From: Bdellovibrionota bacterium FG-1
Lineage (GTDB): Bacteria > Bdellovibrionota > UBA1018
Length of the DNA stretch: 11,998 nucleotides
NCBI GenBank assembly: GCA_051382295.1
Contig: JBBCAW010000072.1
Coordinates: 1-11,998 of the forward strand
Reading direction: 5' to 3'
Within the stretch, counting starts at the first letter, position 1. Each line of letters opens with the position of its first letter. Made by a program: the position numbers and the translations under genes. The notes beneath the pieces are model-generated. The model had not been told where the DNA came from. It worked only from the letters and a program-made list of their open reading frames with translations, and did no database searches. Shown in pieces: positions 1-7,900 of the stretch.

Positions 1-2
1 AC

Positions 3-1316
3 AATATTAATCCCGGCGCTGCGGCCCTCGGTCTTACGGCGGGCTATTACGATTTTGGCTACAACCTGTTTGTGGACCGTTGGACCGCCGCTTGTAACTG
101 GACCTCTCAAGCCTCTGGCGGCATGTGCGGTATCGGAGCATCCGCTGGCGATTGTTTCGCTTCACTGGGACGTGACGGGGGCGGTCTTCGAATTAAACCC
201 AGCGACACAATAGGCGCCATTGGAAACGTATTTTATGACAGAAAAGCCAATATATGTTGGATTAAGGTTGCAGCGGGGCTAAACGGATGGAAGTCGAGCA
301 ACGACACTCTCACCACAGCCCAGCGAGCAGCCATGTATACCATCACTCCATCGGTTGCGGCACCCAAGCCGCCGATCGCCATGATCTACCAGACTCCGGC
401 CAATGACACTTGCGTCGCCGCCGCCGACCCCGATTATGGTGCCAAGCGTTTACTGCGGCGTCGTGAATACATCGCGGCCGCCGCTTGGCCCATGGAGTGG
501 TCTACTGCTGCAATTGACACGATGGAATACTCCACCGATGTGGACCATTTAACAAACGCGGCTAAGGCTCGGTGTAATACGAATCCTACCACGGGTTTGA
601 CTTGTAATTTTCCGACGGGCGATTGCGCGTCCGATATCAACGCTAATTTCAGACAGGTGGTCACCGGTGCGATTTCAACGAAAAACTGCTCATCTCGCTT
701 TGGTGCGCAAGATATGGTGGGCAACGTCAATCAATACGTGAGCGATCAGATTGACCAGTGCAATGCGGGCTCCTCCCATTCGTGTACGGGCATTACATCC
801 AGCGTCGACAGCGGAAATCGTGACCTGAATGGATTTCAGTTTGACGGAGCGGGCGGAAACACAGGCAATCATGGCCCCGGCGGATTAAACAATGGGCAGA
901 TCTCCTCAGATGACGGATGGCACAATGGAACGCTTAGTTGGCTGTTTTCGGTTGGAGTTAAAAACAGCTCTGCTGGCGTTGCTCAAGGCTTCGGCGCTGG
1001 TTATTTCTCGGCGCCGATGGGTCTCCCGATGATGGGAGACGATAGCGGAAATGCACTTGAAATAGGTGTAGGCATTTCAACAGCCAAACTCCAAGGCGAC
1101 TTTTTCGGTCTTTGGTCGGATGCCACTTCCCTTTACACTAATGCCTACGACGTTCCAAATGTTGAGGCTTATGGCCCCTTGCGGGGCGCTATAGTGGGTA
1201 GCCCGTGGTACGAGGGAGCAGCGACAGCTGGTCGATGGGAATTGATGTTTGGTTCGCCATCGAGCACATACCCGGATGTCGGCTTCCGCTGTTCCGTGGC
1301 CCCGAGTGAGCAGTAG
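3..1316 (+). CDS. C-terminal part of a Cys-rich FGE-sulfatase (SUMF1/CLec-fold) domain protein, probably non-enzymatic surface or ligand-binding protein; start lies upstream of the window
   Basis: The frame is open from position 3 (NINPGAAALGLTAGYYDFGYNLFVDRW...), so GTG at 72 is unlikely to be the start. FGE-like motifs: LFVDRW (~F.IDRYE), RLLRRREY (~RLPTEAEW), SRFGAQDMVGNVNQYV (~N.FGLYDM.GNVWEW), terminal VGFRC. No RGGS..C....C catalytic cysteine pair. TAG stop at 1314-1316. Confidence 0.75.
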   Translation, partial: NINPGAAALGLTAGYYDFGYNLFVDRWTAACNWTSQASGGMCGIGASAGDCFASLGRDGGGLRIKPSDTIGAIGNVFYDRKANICWIKVAAGLNGWKSSNDTLTTAQRAAMYTITPSVAAPKPPIAMIYQTPANDTCVAAADPDYGAKRLLRRREYIAAAAWPMEWSTAAIDTMEYSTDVDHLTNAAKARCNTNPTTGLTCNFPTGDCASDINANFRQVVTGAISTKNCSSRFGAQDMVGNVNQYVSDQIDQCNAGSSHSCTGITSSVDSGNRDLNGFQFDGAGGNTGNHGPGGLNNGQISSDDGWHNGTLSWLFSVGVKNSSAGVAQGFGAGYFSAPMGLPMMGDDSGNALEIGVGISTAKLQGDFFGLWSDATSLYTNAYDVPNVEAYGPLRGAIVGSPWYEGAATAGRWELMFGSPSSTYPDVGFRCSVAPSEQ

Positions 1317-1337
1317 CTGTCAGCCGAAAGATGGAAG

Positions 1338-1661
1338 CTACGTTGTCCATCTCTTCTGCCACTGCTCGAATTCAGAAGGACGGATGCGGTAGCGCGCAAT
1401 GTTCCCGATGTGGAGGTTGATCAGTTCGTTTTCCACGACTTCTACGAAGCGAGCACGAGCCGCGTCTGGAATCTTTGAGCGTCCCTGTTGCTGGATCACT
1501 TTCGGGGCTTCGGACTTGCTCAGACCATGGCGCACTACTTAAAGGTATTCGTTCTCGAGCAGGTAGTAGGATTCATTCGGACGGTAACGATCGAGAAAAG
1601 CACGCAGGCTTTCGACTACTTGGACGATGCGGTCGAACTCTTCTCCGGCTGATTGTGCCAT
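1338..1661 (-). pseudogene. fic: Internally deleted Fic-family gene remnant with in-frame TAA at 1539-1541
   Basis: ATG at 1661 reads MAQSAGEEFDRIVQVVESLRAFLDRYRPNESYYLLENEYL*VVRHGLSKSEAPKVIQQQGRSKIPDAARARFVEVVENELINLHIGNIARYRIRPSEFEQWQKRWTT in one frame. RAFLDRYRPNESYYL and RFVEVVENELINLHIGNIARYRIRPSEF..W match internal and C-terminal segments I recall from ~450-aa HTH-Fic proteins. The Fic catalytic motif is absent. Confidence 0.75.
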
Positions 1662-1678
1662 ATGAAATTATAGCACAA
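1653..1678. promoter_or_regulatory. Inverted repeat overlapping the fic -10 box and start codon (candidate operator)
   Basis: TTGTGCCATA (1653-1662) / TATAGCACAA (1669-1678), 9/10 complementary, 6-nt spacer. Confidence 0.45.
1667..1675 (-). promoter_or_regulatory. Extended -10 promoter (TGnTATAAT) of the fic remnant, likely leaderless
   Basis: The minus strand reads TGCTATAAT-TTCAT-ATG: a perfect TATAAT with TG extension, 5 nt before the ATG, and no Shine-Dalgarno. Confidence 0.6.
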
Positions 1679-1688
1679 AATCAGGCAG

Positions 1689-1744
1689 TTAAGACACAAA
1701 ACGTGACTTTATATGGCACTTTCTGTGTCTTAAGTGGGTCTTAA
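1689..1744. repeat. Long imperfect inverted repeat plus an extra half-site (candidate operator in a divergent promoter region)
   Basis: TTAAGACACAAAACGTGAC (1689-1707) / GGCACTTTCTGTGTCTTAA (1715-1733): 16/19 complementary with the outer 10 bp perfect. GTCTTAA recurs 11 bp later at 1738-1744. Confidence 0.65.
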
Positions 1745-1803
1745 CTCTATAAAACTCCGGTCTAACGCTATGCAAGGAAGGGTGATCCGGATCGTAAGGC
1801 GAC

Positions 1804-1831
1804 TTGCCTTCATCGCGGGCGCGTGTACCAT
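1804..1831 (+). promoter_or_regulatory. Possible sigma70 promoter for the lipoprotein gene
   Basis: TTGCCT (1804-1809), 16-nt spacer, TACCAT (1826-1831), then 7 nt to the ATG at 1839; no SD. Confidence 0.35.
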
Positions 1832-1838
1832 AAGTTTT

Positions 1839-3014
1839 ATGACTAACAGAGTTCTTACAATAGCATGGATAGTAGTGGCGTTGGGTGCAATCGCAGGATG
1901 CGCAAAGGCTGACGCCCCCGCGCCAGCCTCATCGAACGTGATCAACGAAGCAGCCACCAATCTGACGGCGGTGAGCGCCGCGTTTTCACCCCAGTCGCTG
2001 AGCTATTCCTCGTTACCTCTGAATTCTTATCTCACCGGCAGATCCGAATCGGTGAGAGCCCAATCGGGTGGAGTGGGTGGTATTTCTCAGGCTCAGAGCG
2101 GTAATCCTTGCGCACCGTTTAGCGGGCCGACCGCACTTTTTGATTGTCAGCCGGTACTTTTGCGCCTGTATATCGACATGTCCAAACAGTTTTTGGATAT
2201 GGCGACCCTGCTCATTACGGACGTTGGAAAAAAACTCGGCAGTTTGGCGGATGGAGCCACTGGATCGGTGGAGAATGGCGCCCAGACAATTTTTTATAGC
2301 AGGACGAGCGCGACTCAATATTCCGCACTGATTAAAGAAGGGGCCAACCCGGTAGCCTACCTCAGCGCGGTCGGCAACGTTTATACGCTTCAGTTTGACT
2401 TTTCGAAGATGTCCTCCATTGACGGGACCCCTCCGAGTCAGATGGAATTTAAGCTCACCTACACCGACGCGAATACCTGGTCAATCGTGACCACGGGGTT
2501 GGGCTCAGCCTGTAGCCCGGACGATGTGCGCGCGCCCCGGCAGTTCAAGATCTTGATGAGCAAGGCCAACGGTCTTTGGAACGGAAAGGCCATGCTTTAT
2601 AATGGTGTCTGGGCCACCGGCGTTGGCGGGGGCCTCGATCCGACCTGTTCTACTGTCGACTCCGATGCGGCCTCCATGGCGCTTTACACTGACTTTGTGG
2701 GAGATCAGACCGCGGCCAAAGCCAATATCTACATGATGAAGCGGACGATCAGTTCCGTAGCCGCCTATACACCGCTCAAGGATTTTTGCACCACCTATGG
2801 AATCGCGGGCTGCGCTACGTGGTTTACCTCGGCTAACTTTTCTAACTCGTTTTGTAACCTCGGGACGACGGTGATCGCAACATGGAACGACTCGTGTGCG
2901 AGCCAGTCGCCAGCCGTCGCCGCTGCGTCGTTCGGCCCGGCGTCTGACTGGGTGGTTCCCGCGGATTTTTCGAACACCTCGATCACAGCGATCACGCTGC
3001 CCACCACGTTGTAA
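1839..3014 (+). CDS. Cys-rich hypothetical lipoprotein (391 aa from ATG 1839)
   Basis: Starting at 1839 gives MTNRVLTIAWIVVALGAIAG|C: basic n-region, hydrophobic h-region and lipobox IAGC. The mature region is S/T/A/G-rich with 8 further Cys. No recognised domain. Confidence 0.75.
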   Translation: MTNRVLTIAWIVVALGAIAGCAKADAPAPASSNVINEAATNLTAVSAAFSPQSLSYSSLPLNSYLTGRSESVRAQSGGVGGISQAQSGNPCAPFSGPTALFDCQPVLLRLYIDMSKQFLDMATLLITDVGKKLGSLADGATGSVENGAQTIFYSRTSATQYSALIKEGANPVAYLSAVGNVYTLQFDFSKMSSIDGTPPSQMEFKLTYTDANTWSIVTTGLGSACSPDDVRAPRQFKILMSKANGLWNGKAMLYNGVWATGVGGGLDPTCSTVDSDAASMALYTDFVGDQTAAKANIYMMKRTISSVAAYTPLKDFCTTYGIAGCATWFTSANFSNSFCNLGTTVIATWNDSCASQSPAVAAASFGPASDWVVPADFSNTSITAITLPTTL

Positions 3015-3107
3015 GGGCCTTTGGCCCGCCGCTTGCTTTCCGCCTTCCCTCTAGCCTGTCACGACTCGTGCGGGCACTCAGGTCTTTAATAGGAGCGGGA
3101 GGTAGGT

Positions 3108-4994
3108 ATGCAAGTTCGTTTGGCACGATCGGTTTCGATTTTTTTGCAATGTCTGGGGGTCATTGGGGCGTTGGCTATGGCCGTCGCTGGGGCTATTCCG
3201 GCAGAGGCGTCCTCGCATTTTCATCGTCTTTCAGGACATGTATTGCCTTTCTCCATCACGGAGGGAGCTAAGCCCTACGAACCTTTCACAAAAACCTTGC
3301 AGCTAGCGATACGATTGTCGCTGCAAAATCCGGCCGAGCTGGATCATCTGATTGAGCGTCTTTATAGTTCGGACACTTCGGGTAATTCGCAGGTCGGTGC
3401 GTTCCTGACTCCCTCCGAATTTACCCAGCGTTTTGGCGCAACGATCAGAGATTATGAACGGGTTTCACAGTATTTCGAGGGCCTCGGCTGCCAAATCCTC
3501 GCTACGCATCCCAATCGCCTTTTGCTGGATGTGGAGTGCTCGCAGGCGATCGTGCAGCGCGCGTTTCGGGTGAGGATTTCGCATTGGCTCAATGACGCCA
3601 ACGAAGTGATTCGCACCGTTGACCGGGATCCGTCTATTCCTAATGGTCTTGCGATCGAGGCGATTCACGGCTTGACTACGGTTCCTAGGCATCCTCATGT
3701 GGTGCAATTAGATGCAGCGGCGGTAGGGGTGGGTGGTTCAGGTCCTAATGGCGGTATGAGCCCAAGCGATATCAAGACGGCCTACAATCTGAACGTCGTC
3801 GCTGAAACTGGAGCGGGACAAACGTTGGCGCTTTTTGAGCTCGATGGCTATCGGTCTTCGGATGTCACCACCTACAAAAACACCTTTGGAATCTCACCGG
3901 GGGTCCCACTCCAGAACATTCTGGTGGCAGGATTCAACGGGAGCGCGGGGCCTGGTGCAGCCGAGGTGACTCTCGACATCGATCTCATGATGGCGCTCGC
4001 GCCCCATGCGGCCAAAATTATCGTGTACGAAGGCCCCAACTCCGACGCTGGGGTTATTGACGTTTATCAACGAATCGCCAACGACAATGCGGCCAAACAG
4101 GTCAGTACTTCTTGGGGAATTCCAGAAACGTATGCCTCGGTGGCGATGATGAACTCCGAAAACCAAATCCTCAAACAGATGGCAGTACAAGGACAGACGG
4201 TTTTTGCGGCTTCCGGTGACAGCGGCGCCATGGATAATGGCACGAGTTTGAGCGTGGATGATCCGGCATCGCAACCGTTTCTAACGGGCGTGGGCGGTAC
4301 GACGCTGACCACTCAGGCCGATCACACTTACGTTAAGGAGACCACCTGGTGGACACCCGTCCGCGCGGTGGGCGGTGGGGGTGGCATGAGCGCGTTTTGG
4401 CCGATTCCTTCGTGGCAGACCGAAGCGATCACACCCGCATCGGGTGGCTCGTTCACTCATCGCAATGTCCCAGACGTAGCGCTCAATGCGGACCCGACTA
4501 TCGGTTATTCTATTTTTGTCGGGGGCAAGTGGAACGTCTACGGCGGTACAAGTTGCGCGGCTCCGCTCTGGGCGGCTTTCACGGCGCTGGTCAATCAAAG
4601 GCGAGTCGATCACGGAATTGCACCGCTGGGCCTTGTTAATCCGGTGATTTATCAGATTGGAATGCGGGGGGGTTATGCCGTTGATTTTCATGATATCGCC
4701 GATGCAAGCACGAACGGCCACTATCCCGCAGTCGCCGGTTACGACCTCGCCACGGGTTGGGGTTCGCTCATCGGTGCGAATCTTTTAGCGGAACTTTCTA
4801 CCGGGGTGGGACCATCACCAAGTCCCTCTCCCAGCGCTACTCCGAGTCCAACACTTCCACCGCCACCTTCTGGTTCCGGATGCAACGGAAATAGGGTGCC
4901 CGCGAGTCGTTCTGAATCGGCGGGAGCCGCGATGAGTTTTGGTTTACCCTTCATGGCAGCGATCATCGCCCGGCGTGGGCGTAAGAGTTTTTGA
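3108..4994 (+). CDS. Secreted S53 (sedolisin/kumamolisin family) serine-carboxyl protease with pro-kumamolisin activation domain and C-terminal P/S linker plus anchor
   Basis: GGAGG RBS at 3098-3102; signal peptide ending ...PAEA; prodomain motif FLTPSEFTQRFG; catalytic E-x3-D (EVTLD); oxyanion SGDSG; nucleophile GGTSCAAPLWAA; Ca-site region FHDI...GYDLATGWGS. Confidence 0.93.
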   Translation: MQVRLARSVSIFLQCLGVIGALAMAVAGAIPAEASSHFHRLSGHVLPFSITEGAKPYEPFTKTLQLAIRLSLQNPAELDHLIERLYSSDTSGNSQVGAFLTPSEFTQRFGATIRDYERVSQYFEGLGCQILATHPNRLLLDVECSQAIVQRAFRVRISHWLNDANEVIRTVDRDPSIPNGLAIEAIHGLTTVPRHPHVVQLDAAAVGVGGSGPNGGMSPSDIKTAYNLNVVAETGAGQTLALFELDGYRSSDVTTYKNTFGISPGVPLQNILVAGFNGSAGPGAAEVTLDIDLMMALAPHAAKIIVYEGPNSDAGVIDVYQRIANDNAAKQVSTSWGIPETYASVAMMNSENQILKQMAVQGQTVFAASGDSGAMDNGTSLSVDDPASQPFLTGVGGTTLTTQADHTYVKETTWWTPVRAVGGGGGMSAFWPIPSWQTEAITPASGGSFTHRNVPDVALNADPTIGYSIFVGGKWNVYGGTSCAAPLWAAFTALVNQRRVDHGIAPLGLVNPVIYQIGMRGGYAVDFHDIADASTNGHYPAVAGYDLATGWGSLIGANLLAELSTGVGPSPSPSPSATPSPTLPPPPSGSGCNGNRVPASRSESAGAAMSFGLPFMAAIIARRGRKSF

Positions 4995-7900
4995 CCAATT
5001 TTGACATGAGTCGAGCCAGCGCATCCGTCTCCACTGGCTTTGCCAGATGAGCCTGGAAGCCCGCGGCGGTAGCGTGTTTTGCGTCTTCTTGGGTCGCGAA
5101 AGCCGTGAGGGCCAACGCGGGGATATTGCCGCCACTTTCGGGCTCGAGCGCCCGAATTTTGCGCATTAAACTGTAACCGTTTTCGCCGGGCATGGCGATG
5201 TCGCTGACGAGAAGTTGCGCCTTAAACCCCGGCAAGGCCGCGAGCGCTTCGCGGGCCGATGCGACCGCCAACACTTCCGCCCCGAAGGACTCAAGCAATA
5301 AGGTCAGCGTCTCTCGGGTGCGTTCATCATCATCCACAAACAGAACGCGCAAACCCTCGAACTTTGGAAGGTCTTTGTAGCTGTCGAGGGGGGCTGGTTT
5401 CAGGACTGGCTGGCGATCAGGCGCATTTTGAATTCCCACGGATTTTTTGGCCGACGCAAGCGGGATATTCACGGTGAAGGTGGTCCCCCTTCCTTCACCC
5501 GAACTTTCGGCCCGAACGGTTCCGCCTTGCAACTCCACGAGGTTACGCACGATGGAAAGTCCAAGCCCAAGTCCGCCATGGATTCGGGTGCTCGTGCTAT
5601 CCTCCTGGCTGAAACGATCAAAGATATGCGGAAGAAACTCGGGATCAATCCCTTTGCCGGTATCGATCACCTTGATTTCGGCGCAGGAGCGAGTCTGAAT
5701 TTGAATGCGCGCGAGGCTGAGTTCCACGATACTGTTTTTAGGGGAAAATTTAATGGCGTTGGTCAGGAGATTCCACACGATCTGTTGAAGACGGATAGGA
5801 TCCGCAAGGACCCATCCCGTGTCTGGATCAAATCCTGTCTTGATTTCAATGGACTTGAGCGCTGCCAAGGGGCGAATCGCCTCGATTGCCGTATGAAGCA
5901 CGGCAGCCGGATCCACTTCCTTGATATCCAAGGCGAGCTTGCCCATGATGATGCGCGAAATATCCAGTAAATCATCAATAAGTTGCGCCTGCGCCCGGGC
6001 GCTTTGCTCCATAATTCCGGCGCCGTACTTGGCTTTTTCGGCATCGACCTTTCCCATGCGGATCATCTGCGCCCAGGAGAGGATGGAGGTCAAAGGCGTG
6101 CGAAGTTCATGCGAAAGGGTGGCTAAAAACAAATCTTTTGCGCGATTGCCTTTCTCGGCATCTGAACGCGCTTGGCGTTCTCGCAGAAGAATTTGGGTGC
6201 GGTCCTCATCGGCCATTTTGCGTTCAAACACTCGACCCAACTGGGGAACCACATGGGTCAAGATATCGATCAATCTTTGGTCAGGTTTTTTGTCTTGGGT
6301 GGAAAAAAATTCAAGCACCGCTATAATGGATCCACCGACTGTCACTGGAAACCCAAATCCGGAGGTCAGTCCGGAGGCTCTCGCGATTTCCGCTCTCGGA
6401 AACACGGAAGCATGGGTCAAATCCAACATCGACACGGGTTTGTGAGTGGCCAAAACCTTTCCAGGAAGGCCGACATCATGACTCATCTTGAAATGTTCCG
6501 TCCCTTCTTTGAAGGGTGCGAACTTCTGGGGATCATCCAGATGCCACACGTTTGAAGGAATGAGTTCACGTGGACCGTCAGGGGAGGCCGAAATCACCGG
6601 GGTCACCGGGGTCAGAAGATAGGCATGCCCCACCGGCCAGCCCGCATGAGAACAGATCCGGTCTAGAAATATTTGTAAAGCTGCATCCGGACTCGTGGCT
6701 TCATTGGCGGCCACCGTAATGGTTTCAAAAAGCTGGACGTTTTTTGATTCCGCCGCCAGATCCCTTTCGAGGTTCCTTCGTTCTGTGATATCCTCAAAAC
6801 TCAGTAGAAGGGCTTGTGGCTCTTGTGGCTCTTGTGGCTCTTGTGGCTCTTGTGGCTCTTGTGGCTCTTGTGGCTCTTGGAACATTTCCCCCCTCCATTG
6901 GATAAGACTCGCGGAGAGAAGGAAAATGCGGCGTCCCAGCTGCGGAAAAATGCAATCCACCTCAACGGCCTTGACTTCACGATTGGATCGTAAAGTCTCA
7001 GTCAGAAGCGTCTGGATCTGTTGAAAGGAATGGCACTGCATTTGGGGAAGGGTGAAAAGATTCGTTCCCGCGATTTGTGGAGAAAGCTGAAAGTGTTTCC
7101 AAAAAACACGATTCGCGGACCTCACCCGTAGCTGCTCATCCACAATAACGAGGGGGAGCTGAACCGTTTCCGCCACCGAAATAAGATAGTCTTGGGCTCT
7201 TTTTGACTCTTGGACTTGCCGCTTGAGGTTTTCAATATCCAACAGGGAGATCACGGCGCCATCGATTCTATTATCCACTGTCTTATAAGGCCTAATCTGA
7301 AGCCGCATCCAGCGGCCTTGCGGATCTTTGATCTCTTTTTCCTGGGGGATGAGAGATTTTGTCACTTCCGATATCAAGGCGTCCAAATCCAGATCAAAGG
7401 GAGATTTAATGTCACCCAGGGGACGTCCCACATCGCCCGGGATGAGTTTGAAGACTTTCTCCGCTTTGGGCGTGAATCTACGAATGCGGTGATCATTGCC
7501 CACGATCAGGATTGGGATTTCCACGCTACTCAGAAGATTGTTCAAGTCGCCGCTGAGCGTGAGCAGCTCCGCGTTTCTCGTATGCAGCTCGTCGTTTACG
7601 GTCGTGAGTTCTTCGTTGGAGGATTGAAGTTCTTCTTTCGCGGTCTCCAGTTCTTCGTTCGAGCTTTGAAGCTCCTCATTGGCACTCTGGAGTTCTTCAT
7701 TAGCGGCGGTGAGTTCCTCTTGGGTCGTCTCAAACTGCTCGGTCATGGACTGCTGATACTGTTTGCTTGCGGCAAAATCGTGCTCGAGCTGTCGGAGTTG
7801 GCTGGTGGGTGGCTCAAGAACCGGCGGGCCTAAACGATCTTTTGAATCATCTTTGGAATGATCTGGGGAATCAGGTGGTGACGCATCCTCAAAGAAGACC

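Noticed and set aside
1180..1360. Complete DGR cassette (VR/IMH plus hairpin AGATGGA/TCCATCT at 1329-1352)
   Set aside because: No template repeat, RT or avd gene in the window. The 7-bp stem overlaps the fic 3' end and may be chance.
1734..1838. Longer N-terminus of the lipoprotein given in the ORF track
   Set aside because: The extension overlaps operator- and promoter-like DNA; ATG 1839 gives a canonical signal peptide II.
3015..3027. GGGCC-TTT-GGCCC hairpin after the lipoprotein gene as an intrinsic terminator
   Set aside because: Only a 5-bp stem and no adjacent U-tract.
6813..6879. CRISPR array, or a metal-binding (GSC)n protein from antisense ORF 6695..7024
   Set aside because: The 9-bp units have no spacers, and (GSC)n is simply the antisense reading of the QEP repeat in the kinase.
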